Shown in pieces: positions 35,634 through 45,441 of a stretch of DNA of 64,000 bases (position 1 is its first letter; every line of letters begins with the position of its first letter). The notes beneath the pieces were generated by a model. The model saw nothing but the letters and a program-made list of their open reading frames with translations. It ran no database searches and was not told where the DNA came from. Location of the stretch: the IMG/VR virus record IMGVR_UViG_3300042291_002084, positions 6,168 through 70,167 of that record, one strand, 5' to 3'. Position numbers and translations under genes: made by a program. Origin of the DNA: a virus.

Positions 35634-36995
35634 TCACTTTTTAGAAAAATTAAATATTTTTTTAATTAGTGAGTCTTGCTCAACTACTCCATATAGTTCA
35701 TCAACGTCAGTTTGATTTAATTCAAGGCCATCCCAAGTTTGTATTGAACTTAATTTAAAGCCAGCAACATTCACTAAATATTGCGGTGAATTTAAAGAAT
35801 AATAACTTGCACCAATATACGCTAGGTTATTATCTGTATATACTGGATTATTTGGATTAGTGTTTTCTACAGCAAGCTCACGCTCAACATAAATTCGAGT
35901 AGCTCCAGATTCTTGTCTAGTTACTACTACATGTGCCCATCTATCTTTTATTAAAAACTCAGTAAATGTAAAGTTTGGACTTTCTGAATATGCCATTGCA
36001 ATTCCAACATTAATAGTATTATTACTATAGTTAATATAGAAACCAAAATATTTATCGTGTTTAAATCTATTATCAAAGGAACTTAATATAACAATTCCTT
36101 TTTTCCCAACCGATGATGGAACAAATAATCTAAAACTAATAGAAAAATCCCCTTTGAAATTTAATGAATTTTCAGGTAAACTAATAAAGTTATTGCCATC
36201 TGACTCAAAATAGAGAGAGCCATCTGATGATTCACCAAAATCCATTTGGGAAGGCATGATTCCATCTTTAGTAGGAGTAACAATCATTCCATCAAACCCA
36301 CTAATTGAATCAGTGGTGTCGCCATCAAGTATCCAAGCAGATTTAGATATTACCTTTTCAATATCATCAGTTGGCTCTAATAGAGTAGGAATATCGACTG
36401 ATTCAAATATTTCAATTGGCTCAAGTTCTGGCGCTTTAGGTTTATCTAGTAATTCAGATTGTAATTTTACTTTAGCAAGGCTTGCACGGTATTCAGAAAC
36501 TTTTCTTTGTCTCTCAAGTTCAACCATTCGTCTTTCCTCTGCTTCTAGTGCAAGTTGATCAATTCTAGATTTATCGAATGCCTCTTTAGCAGCTTTATTT
36601 TTTGCAATTAATCGAGCAACTTCTAAATTATTTTGAGGCAGCTTAGTAATAATTTCAGGTTGAGATCTTTTAAAAAGAGAAAGATATTTATGGGTAGCTG
36701 ATAAAATAGTTGATTTTACCTTTTTAAAAATATCAGAAATCTTACTGTTTGATTCTATACTTTTCTCCCAATCTTCACAAGATTCAACTCGAGCCAATAG
36801 TTCTCGATATATTGATATTTGTTGAAGAGTCTCAATATCGTCCTCTTGATAATATCGATACTGTCTTATTTTTAATAAATTCGATACGATTAAATTTACT
36901 TCAGTTAGCGCAGAATCTTTATTTGGATGATCTATAAGTAGAGAAGAAAAGGTTGATTCAAAATTTGATCTATTTAGAAGATTCATTTTTAGCAA
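35634..36995 (-). CDS. Coiled-coil + LamG/concanavalin-A-like domain protein
   Basis: DFSISF…RWAHVVVTR…TRIYV…AYIGA…IQTWD..LNQTDVDELY. Confidence 0.8.
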   Translation of the reverse strand: MLKMNLLNRSNFESTFSSLLIDHPNKDSALTEVNLIVSNLLKIRQYRYYQEDDIETLQQISIYRELLARVESCEDWEKSIESNSKISDIFKKVKSTILSATHKYLSLFKRSQPEIITKLPQNNLEVARLIAKNKAAKEAFDKSRIDQLALEAEERRMVELERQRKVSEYRASLAKVKLQSELLDKPKAPELEPIEIFESVDIPTLLEPTDDIEKVISKSAWILDGDTTDSISGFDGMIVTPTKDGIMPSQMDFGESSDGSLYFESDGNNFISLPENSLNFKGDFSISFRLFVPSSVGKKGIVILSSFDNRFKHDKYFGFYINYSNNTINVGIAMAYSESPNFTFTEFLIKDRWAHVVVTRQESGATRIYVERELAVENTNPNNPVYTDNNLAYIGASYYSLNSPQYLVNVAGFKLSSIQTWDGLELNQTDVDELYGVVEQDSLIKKIFNFSKK

Positions 36996-37245
36996 GGTTA
37001 AATTTAATCAGCATTTCATTTCTAAGAACTAGGGCATGTCTGCGCTGAGTAAAGGTTGAACCTAATTCAAGGTTGCCTAGTGCACCAAGAAATATATTTA
37101 ACTCAGAGTCAGTTGCAGATTCAGCAATAAAATCATATTCATCATCTGTAATATTGAATAGGACTTTAATTACGTTATCAAACATATCTTGAAGTCCTCC
37201 TCCACTTAATACACAAGCATCAACTTCTGGTCTTAATATTTTCAT
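36970..37245 (-). CDS. Hypothetical protein
   Basis: ORF in operon. Confidence 0.7.
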   Translation of the reverse strand: MKILRPEVDACVLSGGGLQDMFDNVIKVLFNITDDEYDFIAESATDSELNIFLGALGNLELGSTFTQRRHALVLRNEMLIKFNLAKNESSK

Positions 37246-37250
37246 AGTTT

Positions 37251-37916
37251 TTATTTTTTAAAGTTAAATCCAATACCTATTGTTAATGTGTGCATCCATT
37301 TTACTGAACTTACACTTCTAAAGTTAATGTTATCAGATATTGTAAAATTTATTTTTTTATTTTGAAATAGAGATATTTTAGTATTTCCATAGACTATTGC
37401 ATCTTGTATTCTTAATAGATTAGGTTGATAATAATATTCACAAGATATTGAGAATCTAGAATGTAAATAAGTAGATTTTAATCTAACCGAATGTCGTATT
37501 ACCTCCTTATGTGGAAGTTTTACATAATTTGTATTTTGATACAGAGTAGCATAGCTTAGCGAAAAATATTTCCATGATTTACCGAATCCTAGTCCAATTG
37601 AATGATCGCTAGTTATACTTCGGGTTAATGAATAATTAAATACGTGTAAAATAAATGTTTTTCTATAATTAATATTAGTCTTTTGTTGTAATTCATTAGC
37701 TATTATCTTATTACTGTATGAAATAGAGTATGTAGTATTTGTATTAAATTTTAATTTATTTCTACTTATTGTATTATCTCCAGAATATGCTGCATTAATT
37801 TGAGTAGTACTATTTTTTAAATATACTCCAGTAATACTATTTATTGAGGCACCAAAGATTGAGTCTTGTGAATAACTAAATACTGGTATAAAAAAAATAA
37901 GTAGTAATAGTTTCAC
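37251..37916 (-). CDS. Putative outer-membrane beta-barrel protein (DUF481-like)
   Basis: Signal peptide ending YSQ; amphipathic strands; C-terminal LTIGIGFNF. Confidence 0.65.
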   Translation of the reverse strand: MKLLLLIFFIPVFSYSQDSIFGASINSITGVYLKNSTTQINAAYSGDNTISRNKLKFNTNTTYSISYSNKIIANELQQKTNINYRKTFILHVFNYSLTRSITSDHSIGLGFGKSWKYFSLSYATLYQNTNYVKLPHKEVIRHSVRLKSTYLHSRFSISCEYYYQPNLLRIQDAIVYGNTKISLFQNKKINFTISDNINFRSVSSVKWMHTLTIGIGFNFKK

Positions 37917-38099
37917 CTATTCATTTATAATTTTTATTTCTCTATTTGGATTATCTGAGTGTTCCCATAAATCTCTAGTAAGTGTACCAACTACCCAATT
38001 ACACATTTCTTCACTATACGTCTCGCATATCTTAACAAATGGATATTTCTCACCAGTGTCTGGATTGATATCAACAAATCCAATACTATATTTCTCCAT
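37917..38099 (-). CDS. Small hypothetical protein
   Basis: ORF in operon. Confidence 0.65.
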   Translation of the reverse strand: MEKYSIGFVDINPDTGEKYPFVKICETYSEEMCNWVVGTLTRDLWEHSDNPNREIKIINE

Positions 38100-38309
38100 A
38101 AATTAATTTTGTTAGTTGGTATATTGATGGAGCACCAATTTCTCCAAATTCTCTAAATATTTCTAGCATATTCTTTTTATTTTTTTACATTCGCCCGCTT
38201 ATTGTTAGATTCCTAGCCTTTTGACAGTGCTTCTCAATTTCAATTAGCCACTTAACTATTGATATAATACTTACTTTTTTAAGACTGTTCTTGAGCATAG
38301 TTAAAATTT

Positions 38310-38546
38310 TTATTTTATATTTCGAATATCTGATACTTTATTTGAACTGAATGGATAATATCGAATAACATATATTTGATTATTTATCGTATCTTCCACC
38401 ATAACTTCATATCCATCCCTAGCTAATAAACTAGTCGTTGGCTGTATGATGCACTTTGGATATTTTCTTTGCGCATCATTTAATCGATCTATTTGATTAA
38501 CACAACTAGTTAATCCAATTAAGCTAAGTAATAATAATTTTTTCAT
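38310..38546 (-). CDS. Small lipoprotein
   Basis: MKKLLLLSLIGLTSC lipobox. Confidence 0.8.
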   Translation of the reverse strand: MKKLLLLSLIGLTSCVNQIDRLNDAQRKYPKCIIQPTTSLLARDGYEVMVEDTINNQIYVIRYYPFSSNKVSDIRNIK

Positions 38547-38551
38547 AATTT

Positions 38552-39502
38552 TTAATTTGATATTTGTGCTTTAATTATTGGGTGTGATTGATAATCTAAT
38601 ATTTTAAACATATCAATCTCTAATTTATCTAATTCATAATCTAACATATCAGGATGAATGTCTAATTTAGATAACGTAAAAGGTTCTCTTGATCTTTTTG
38701 GTATGTTTCTGGTGACTAATTTAGATTCTAACCATTCGTCATCTTTTACTTCCATACCTGGTGTAAATTCATTCTCGTATAGTTTTTTTCTTTCTTCTTT
38801 AGTAAGTTCTCTGCCAATCTGTTCCGTTGCTTGCTCAACGTGGTTTGAATATAAATGAACATCACCTAAATTACCAATCAATTCATCTGGAACCATATTA
38901 ACAACTTTAGCAATGATTTCCAATAACAATCCGTAAGATGCAATATTGAATGGTAAACCTAAGAATGTATCTACTGAACGTTGATTCCACATAAGCGAGA
39001 TTGCTCTGGTTGGAATATTTAATTCATTCATCCTACTAGCTAATGCTAATTCAAAATCTAAACCAATTGATTCGTATTGTTCTTTATTAGATAGAGCTTT
39101 ATTATACTCATCATCACTTTTGTTAACAAAAAATAATCGTTCTTTAACACTCAATTCTCTTGTATACATTTGAAACCCATAATGACACGGTGGAAGAACC
39201 ATTGAATCCAATTCTCCAACATTCCAAGCATTTACCATCAAACGTCTTGAATCTGGATTTGTTTTAAGGTCTTGAATTAGTTTTTCTATTTGGTCACATT
39301 TTGGAATATCTTTAAAATGTGTTACAGCACCATGATGCCAACCAGATGGAACTTGTTGAACACCACACCATGCTCTCCATTGCTTACCATATACTGGACC
39401 GAGTTCTCCGAATTTATCACTAAACGCTTTGTCATTTTTTATTTTTTCTATAAATTGTTCTTTAGAAAAAGGTGTGCCGTCTTCATTGATGTATTCTTTC
39501 AT
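38552..39502 (-). CDS. thyA: Thymidylate synthase, C-terminal polypeptide
   Basis: [20 protein letters not shown] (catalytic Cys), [26 protein letters not shown]. Confidence 0.93.
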   Translation of the reverse strand: MKEYINEDGTPFSKEQFIEKIKNDKAFSDKFGELGPVYGKQWRAWCGVQQVPSGWHHGAVTHFKDIPKCDQIEKLIQDLKTNPDSRRLMVNAWNVGELDSMVLPPCHYGFQMYTRELSVKERLFFVNKSDDEYNKALSNKEQYESIGLDFELALASRMNELNIPTRAISLMWNQRSVDTFLGLPFNIASYGLLLEIIAKVVNMVPDELIGNLGDVHLYSNHVEQATEQIGRELTKEERKKLYENEFTPGMEVKDDEWLESKLVTRNIPKRSREPFTLSKLDIHPDMLDYELDKLEIDMFKILDYQSHPIIKAQISN

Positions 39503-40128
39503 TCTTCTAATTTTTTAAGTTTTCGTATTTCCCAAGCTTTCTTTAAAGACTCGGATGCTTTTCGATTATGTTCTTCACTATTGATTTTACCCTTTCTACC
39601 AGAAACTTTTCCTTTTCGATCTTCGCTCATTTTCTTTATAGTTTCTTCTGAATGTTTAAATCCAGTAAGAGTATTTTTGATTTTTTCTCTGGTTTCAAGA
39701 GAATGATTTTTCGCATAGAAACCATTTTTTTCACCAATACGTTCTTTGGCTTTTTTGGACATTTTATTCTTTGCATCTTCCGAATGTTTCTTATTATAGT
39801 TAGGGTTATTTACACCTTTAACTGATTCAGAATATTCCAATCTTATCATTTCATATAATTTAGAATTTGGAATATATCTCTGTTGGTTTTTATCTTTTAC
39901 ATTTAACATCATCCAAAGAGCTAACCTCAATCCTTTATGATTAGGGTATATTCTACATAAAAGTAAATGAGCTATAAAATGTTCTCTTGCAGTTAAAACT
40001 ACTAGATTCTCGATATCTTCACTTCCATTTAAACATCGCGGTATAATATGATGCCTTTCTGTATATCCTTCAATTTTTCTTGTTTTTGCTCTTTCGATTA
40101 ATTGAAGATAAATCTTATTATAATCCAT
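39499..40128 (-). mobile_element. MobE-like HNH homing endonuclease with NUMOD3 repeats, inserted in thyA
   Basis: MDYNKIYLQLIERA…ERHHIIPRCLNGSEDIENLVVLTAREHFIAHLLL; KHSEETIKKMS-type repeats. Confidence 0.9.
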
Positions 40129-40435
40129 TATTTTCTTTCCATTTTTCATACTCTTTTAAGTATGCGTTATAAGCATCTCCATCCCAAATGTGACAATCAT
40201 TGTCTACAAGGAATTTAATGTTTGTATCACCACGTAAGAACCAGATTAATTCGGTTGCTATAAGTCGGAACGGCATTCGTTTTGTCGTGAGCAATGGAAA
40301 CCCATCTTTCATATTGTGACGGATCTGTCTACCATATACTGAAATCGTTCCTGTTCCTGTGCGGTCACCTTTCTGATGTCCATTATCAAGTATGTCTTGA
40401 AGAAGTACTTGATAGTCTTTGTCTAATTTATTCAT
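40118..40435 (-). CDS. thyA: Thymidylate synthase, N-terminal polypeptide
   Basis: DRTGTGT, GFPLLTTK, ELIWFLRGDTNI, IWD; stops after 105 aa. Confidence 0.93.
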   Translation of the reverse strand: MNKLDKDYQVLLQDILDNGHQKGDRTGTGTISVYGRQIRHNMKDGFPLLTTKRMPFRLIATELIWFLRGDTNIKFLVDNDCHIWDGDAYNAYLKEYEKWKENNGL

Positions 40436-40692
40436 ACAAATTTTACATTAAGGTTCGTTCTTAGTTTATTTGCTAAAAATTCAAGATTATCTTTAATGAT
40501 TGGATTATCTTTAAATGCTTTTCCAATTACTAGTAAAGTTCTCATGATTCCATTATCATCGGTATTTAGATGATTATTTAAATAATTGTTAAACTCATTT
40601 AGTTTTTCATCTAGTCGCCGATCTCCTTTAAAAATTTCTCTACAATCGTTGTGTATTTTTTCATACTTCAACATATTTTCTGTTTTATCCAT
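40432..40692 (-). CDS. Hypothetical protein
   Basis: ORF overlapping thyA start (ATGA). Confidence 0.65.
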   Translation of the reverse strand: MDKTENMLKYEKIHNDCREIFKGDRRLDEKLNEFNNYLNNHLNTDDNGIMRTLLVIGKAFKDNPIIKDNLEFLANKLRTNLNVKFV

Positions 40693-40695
40693 GCT

Positions 40696-41112
40696 TTATA
40701 TTTTTAACTTTCTTTTCATTCGTCTTATTTCTAGATTTAGCTTATCTCTCTCTTCTATTGCGATCGAAAGCCTCATAGCTAATGGAAGACCATATAATTT
40801 AAGGTCTTTAAATCTAGAATCAATTTGAGTAAATTTTTGTTTAAACTCCTTATCTACATCACAAATATCGCTTACTTTAGTACGATAATAGATAATACTT
40901 GAATGATCTAATCCGCCGGTCACTGAACCAATTTCATTAAGTGTATATAATGAATTTCTTCGCAAAGCCTCACATAGCATCATACGAGCATCTGTAACCT
41001 TTCGTAATCTGCTTCCATTATTGATTTGTTCTTTAGTTATACCAGTAACTTCAGTAACTATTCCAAATAATAGAGAAGCATCTTGAACAAGTGATTTATC
41101 TAAGCCTTTCAT
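40696..41112 (-). CDS. DnaA domain-IV-like HTH protein
   Basis: SR.R.V..AR.M..…TL.EIG…GGLDHSSII matches Bac_DnaA_C pattern. Confidence 0.8.
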   Translation of the reverse strand: MKGLDKSLVQDASLLFGIVTEVTGITKEQINNGSRLRKVTDARMMLCEALRRNSLYTLNEIGSVTGGLDHSSIIYYRTKVSDICDVDKEFKQKFTQIDSRFKDLKLYGLPLAMRLSIAIEERDKLNLEIRRMKRKLKI

Positions 41113-41121
41113 AGAGAATAA

Positions 41122-41361
41122 TTATTGGATTATTTCATATTTACCACAAATGATTTTATTCGACCCTTCATATTCAAACATAATACACTCACCACTAACA
41201 CTAGTCGTATATGAACGAACGATAAATTCTTCACTATTAGTTTTAATAACTATATCTGAATGCTTAGATCTAGTGAGTGAGTAGATTGAAATTATCCCAA
41301 TCATAATTATTATTATATACATTATGATTCCATCATCAATTGAGCGATTAAATATTTTCAT
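41122..41361 (-). CDS. Small membrane-anchored protein
   Basis: N-terminal hydrophobic helix. Confidence 0.6.
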   Translation of the reverse strand: MKIFNRSIDDGIIMYIIIIMIGIISIYSLTRSKHSDIVIKTNSEEFIVRSYTTSVSGECIMFEYEGSNKIICGKYEIIQ

Positions 41362-41367
41362 TAGTTT

Positions 41368-41559
41368 TTAATTAGAAGGTTTAACTGAGTATGCATCGAA
41401 TTCTTCACTAAAATAAAAAACAAAAATTTCATTATGATTAAATTCTTCAATTGAAATATCCATTGATTTACAATATCTCTGTATTGCATCTTCATTTGAA
41501 ATATTTAAATAACATTTCATCATTCCTAGAGCGCCAATTGAAATTAATTTATTTTCCAT
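41368..41559 (-). CDS. Small hypothetical protein
   Basis: ORF in operon. Confidence 0.6.
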   Translation of the reverse strand: MENKLISIGALGMMKCYLNISNEDAIQRYCKSMDISIEEFNHNEIFVFYFSEEFDAYSVKPSN

Positions 41560-41561
41560 TT

Positions 41562-41924
41562 TTATTTTTTTAAGTATGAATCAATTCTGTTTGTACTAAT
41601 TGCAATTAAAATAACTGCGCTTAATCCTCCAAGTACCCAAATAGGATTATCGTGTTCTACTGATATTATACTCGATAAAACTAAAATTAAAAGCCCAGCG
41701 CCTATTAAAATAGGAATAGTTGCTTTTTTCTCAGTAACCGATTCAATACGTTCATTCCATACTAGCCTTTCAATTGCATCTTGCATATCTTTACCATATG
41801 CCGGTACAACATGTTCAGAGCCATCAATTTCTCGAATTGTTATATTATATCTATAGTATCCTGGATTATCTTTACTTTCCCTAACGAGTTCAGCATATAC
41901 TGCTCTTCTTCTTTCTTTTTTCAT
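41562..41924 (-). CDS. Membrane protein (2 C-terminal TM)
   Basis: Hydrophobic helices. Confidence 0.75.
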   Translation of the reverse strand: MKKERRRAVYAELVRESKDNPGYYRYNITIREIDGSEHVVPAYGKDMQDAIERLVWNERIESVTEKKATIPILIGAGLLILVLSSIISVEHDNPIWVLGGLSAVILIAISTNRIDSYLKK

Positions 41925-42124
41925 TTTTCTATTCTTGTTAAAATTGATTTAATTATAACCAATTCTGCTTCTAATTCTGATTTTAATTGTACTGAATCCC
42001 ACGTGCCATTCATGTCCATTTTAATGACTCTATCTTTCCATGTATTTAAACGATCTTGCATATGATTTGCTTGATAAATTGTTTTAAGATCGTCGATAAA
42101 GTTAATTATATCAATTGATTCCAT
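41921..42124 (-). CDS. Small hypothetical protein
   Basis: ORF, ATGA overlap. Confidence 0.65.
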   Translation of the reverse strand: MESIDIINFIDDLKTIYQANHMQDRLNTWKDRVIKMDMNGTWDSVQLKSELEAELVIIKSILTRIEK

Positions 42125-42156
42125 TTTTGTTTATTAATTAATAATATAATAATACT

Positions 42157-42185
42157 AAAAAAGCCGAGACTTTTAATCTCGGCTT
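42157..42185 (-). terminator. Rho-independent terminator
   Basis: AAGCCGAGA-cttttaa-TCTCGGCTT. Confidence 0.8.
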
Positions 42186-42203
42186 CTTAAATAGTTAGTT
42201 TAA

Positions 42204-42896
42204 TTATTTGTTGATATCTTTACGATCTTCTTCGTTAAAATCTAAAGTTTGTGAAGATATGTTTAAATCAAGTCCTGCAAATTTAGAAGAACGGAAAGAA
42301 GATACTTTACTAGATACATTAGAGTAAAGAGTATTTACTGAATCGGTAGTTGCATTGTAATTTACTGAATTACTTGCAGAGATACCCATAGAAGCACCAG
42401 CTTTAATTGCATCTTGATTAGCACCTAAAAATAAGAAATTCCAACCCATTTTTTTCTTTTCTTCAATTAATCCAAATACTTTATTTTTATCGTATTCTCT
42501 ACTTGCATTTTCATGACCATCAGTAATAATAACAAAAATAACGTCATCCGTAGTATTCAAATCATTAATTGTTTTACCGACTGCATCAAAAAGTGCAGTA
42601 GTTCCATTAGGGCGGAATGTTTCACCATTAATTAAGTCTTTAACTTCATTGATAGGTCTAGCAGTATAATCAATTTGATATTCATGATCGAATTGAACAA
42701 GAGTCATTGTTGCATCGCCTTTAGCATTTCTTTGTTCTTTAATAAAAGAATTAAGTCCTTCAACTGTAGGTCTTGCAATAGAATCCATAGATCCTGAACG
42801 ATCTAAAACTACTACAATTTGCGTAGGTTTTTGATCAACGGTTGTTTCAGTTACAACCGTTGTAGTTGTGGTAGTTATTACTTTTTTCTTAGCCAT
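42204..42896 (-). CDS. von Willebrand factor A domain protein
   Basis: MIDAS VLDRSGSM, TALFDA, IITDGHENAS. Confidence 0.92.
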   Translation of the reverse strand: MAKKKVITTTTTTVVTETTVDQKPTQIVVVLDRSGSMDSIARPTVEGLNSFIKEQRNAKGDATMTLVQFDHEYQIDYTARPINEVKDLINGETFRPNGTTALFDAVGKTINDLNTTDDVIFVIITDGHENASREYDKNKVFGLIEEKKKMGWNFLFLGANQDAIKAGASMGISASNSVNYNATTDSVNTLYSNVSSKVSSFRSSKFAGLDLNISSQTLDFNEEDRKDINK

Positions 42897-42903
42897 ATTG
42901 ATT

Positions 42904-43554
42904 TTATTTTTTGGTTTTTATTTTTTTCTTATTTACCGTAGGTGATATTAACTTATATCCAAGTAACGATTCTAGGTTTTCTTTAGATGTTGAATACATT
43001 ACTGCAGTTTCATCATTTGTATAAATATAACCAGATATTAATTTACCAGTAGTTAAACTATATACTAATTTCCAACATCTAGTCGGCACATACAGGCCTT
43101 TTATTATCTTAACGTTAGAGTCCCAATATCCGCCACATATTATCCATAATGAATCCTTTTGAGATAGTGATCGAATTAAGGTTTCCTGCTTTTTCCAAAC
43201 TCCGCGATTTAAACTTTTAGTTTGAGGAAGTCGATTATAGTACATAAAAGTTAAAGAATCTAGATGGCAATTATATGCAAAGTCTTCTGCATTTGCTAAG
43301 TGCCCTCTTTCATAGCCAGAGTTAGAATAGGACGACTCACCAACAAGTTGATACTTTGAATCATTTGTCCAACGATTAGCTCTTTCGCATGGTCCGCCGC
43401 CGCGATAAAGTCGATATTCGACGTATACTGGCATCTCAATCGTAGTATCAATATATGAAGTATACGCTGCATTTTTAATAACTGCATTTGGTTTTACTTG
43501 AGATAATCCAACCAGGGATATTAAAACTAAACTTACAGTACTTAAGATTTTCAT
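42904..43554 (-). CDS. Secreted DNA/RNA non-specific endonuclease
   Basis: Signal peptide; GYERGHLA, PQ..LNRGVW..E, VP..WK. Confidence 0.9.
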   Translation of the reverse strand: MKILSTVSLVLISLVGLSQVKPNAVIKNAAYTSYIDTTIEMPVYVEYRLYRGGGPCERANRWTNDSKYQLVGESSYSNSGYERGHLANAEDFAYNCHLDSLTFMYYNRLPQTKSLNRGVWKKQETLIRSLSQKDSLWIICGGYWDSNVKIIKGLYVPTRCWKLVYSLTTGKLISGYIYTNDETAVMYSTSKENLESLLGYKLISPTVNKKKIKTKK

Positions 43555-43565
43555 AAAATCATTGA

Positions 43566-43988
43566 CTATTTTCTAGATATTAATTTTGGATTATCTTCAA
43601 GGATTTTTACAATTGATTCAACTATCTCTCGTGGACCAAATGTTGTTTTCCAATCATGTGATTCGCTTACTTTGTGAACCCAGTCAATATACTTTAAGTA
43701 CACCTCATCCGTATCTATTGAGTAACTATCCCCAATAAATTCAAGTATATCTGGGATGTTTAGTTTCATACCAGTAGAGATATTAGGATACGACCATACT
43801 TGATTTTGACTATCGATTATATCAAGATTTCCTTCAATAAACTGTATGATTTCATCTCTAGTTAAAGTTGTAATTTTAACTTTCCATTCATCAATTACAG
43901 TAAATCCAGTATTTGATTTAATTAATTTAAGGATTGGGCCTTCACTATTTAATAAGTCAATTGATCTAGTTGAGTTTAAATTTTTCAT
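43566..43988 (-). CDS. Hypothetical protein
   Basis: ORF in operon. Confidence 0.7.
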   Translation of the reverse strand: MKNLNSTRSIDLLNSEGPILKLIKSNTGFTVIDEWKVKITTLTRDEIIQFIEGNLDIIDSQNQVWSYPNISTGMKLNIPDILEFIGDSYSIDTDEVYLKYIDWVHKVSESHDWKTTFGPREIVESIVKILEDNPKLISRK

Positions 43989-44000
43989 AACTTTATTTTT

Positions 44001-44519
44001 TTATCTTTCAATTCCTAATTCTTTGAATGTTACTGGAGTATAGTCTACATGTTCACATGATACGCAGTGGTATCTATCATCAGGTACCCATTCATCCTTA
44101 AATCCATTTTCTTCTAATTTCATTATTTGATTCTCATGAATATGCCCGTGTATGTTTCTAGGAACTCTGAATTCTAATTCTCGTTCATGTACCGGACAAT
44201 GTGACAACCAGATGCCTTTGTATTTAACCATACCAGATACTCCTTGTACATATTGCAATAACGCCGGAATATCCTTCATCATATCATGGTTGCCTAATAC
44301 TACTTTCTTCATACCGTTTAAACGGTTTAGTAATGGATATGATTTGCTAGATTCCATTGTTACATCACCTAAGATCCAAACTACATCTCGTTTGTTAACT
44401 TTCTTATTCCATTGTGAAATAATATGCTCATCATGTTCTTCAACAGTATTGAACCCACGTTTAAGAGCCATATTGGTGTGACCAAAGTGTAAATCTGCTA
44501 TAAAATGGACAACGCTCAT
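44001..44519 (-). CDS. Calcineurin-like metallophosphoesterase
   Basis: DLHFGH, LGDV, GNHD, SHCP, HGHIH. Confidence 0.92.
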   Translation of the reverse strand: MSVVHFIADLHFGHTNMALKRGFNTVEEHDEHIISQWNKKVNKRDVVWILGDVTMESSKSYPLLNRLNGMKKVVLGNHDMMKDIPALLQYVQGVSGMVKYKGIWLSHCPVHERELEFRVPRNIHGHIHENQIMKLEENGFKDEWVPDDRYHCVSCEHVDYTPVTFKELGIER

Positions 44520-44944
44520 AATCGTATTAAATTTATTCTTTTTTCTGGGCGGACTGTTCTCTCAATAGTAAACATTGGAGAAGAGTATGCGGATAATATC
44601 TTTTGGGCAGTATTCGGCCCAGGAATCCCATTTATTTGTTTGTTATGTAGAGTTCCACCTTCAAATGTAACTCCCATCTGACCTTCAACTTGAGTTAAAG
44701 GGCTTGAGTATTTAAAAATGAGAGCGCTGTGTACTCCACTTGCGCTCTCAAGATTAAAACCTTTAAAATCCCATTCTTTTTCATGAATAAAATCAAGTAA
44801 TTCTTTTCCAAGTTCACCAGTAAAAATAATTTGATTTGGAAGTTTATCATGTTCAATAACTAAATCTGAAACATGCTCAGATATGATTGAAAAAAGTTTT
44901 TGAGAAAATTCTAAATCTTTTTTTAATGGTACTCGAAATGTCAT
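44516..44944 (-). CDS. Hypothetical protein
   Basis: ORF in operon. Confidence 0.7.
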   Translation of the reverse strand: MTFRVPLKKDLEFSQKLFSIISEHVSDLVIEHDKLPNQIIFTGELGKELLDFIHEKEWDFKGFNLESASGVHSALIFKYSSPLTQVEGQMGVTFEGGTLHNKQINGIPGPNTAQKILSAYSSPMFTIERTVRPEKRINLIRL

Positions 44945-45228
44945 TAGGCAACAGTTTTTTGAGAAGAGAGTTCTTCAGACATTTTCCAAAGTATTCCATT
45001 TACTCGACTTGACCCAACACCCTCAACTTTCATTTTTCCATTACTACTACAATGGAATGTACGCTTAGCATCATCCATACAAGTAAGATTGTAAGTTGAT
45101 GAAGTATTAGATAAGACACCGAAATGAAAAACAAATGTCTCTTTTTCATAATAACTAGGATTCGTTTCAGCGAATTTGCAAAGCACATCATAGACACGCT
45201 CAGCAGTTTTAGTCGGCATCTTTTTCAT
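44944..45228 (-). CDS. Hypothetical protein
   Basis: ORF in operon. Confidence 0.7.
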   Translation of the reverse strand: MKKMPTKTAERVYDVLCKFAETNPSYYEKETFVFHFGVLSNTSSTYNLTCMDDAKRTFHCSSNGKMKVEGVGSSRVNGILWKMSEELSSQKTVA

Positions 45229-45230
45229 AC

Positions 45231-45431
45231 TTATTTAACTACACCCATTATTTTTGACTCAACTACACTCACTACTGAAAACTCAGCAATTGAATCTTTA
45301 AATCTTTCTTTTAATAAATCTTCAGCTTCTGAAATTGATCCAGCATCTACTAGATATTGCTCATAGATTTTTTTAGGTCTTCCTGTTTGATCATCAATTG
45401 TCTCAAACTTTACTTTTGCAATGTAATACAT
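45231..45431 (-). CDS. DUF4494-like protein (Bacteroidetes-associated)
   Basis: KV.FE…G..KK..EQYLVDA.S..EAE…F.V..V…KI pattern. Confidence 0.75.
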   Translation of the reverse strand: MYYIAKVKFETIDDQTGRPKKIYEQYLVDAGSISEAEDLLKERFKDSIAEFSVVSVVESKIMGVVK

Positions 45432-45441
45432 AGTTATTGGT

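Noticed and set aside
39499-40149. Group I intron or intein in thyA
   Set aside because: Endonuclease ORF overlaps both thyA parts with no non-coding room, and is out of frame with no intein termini
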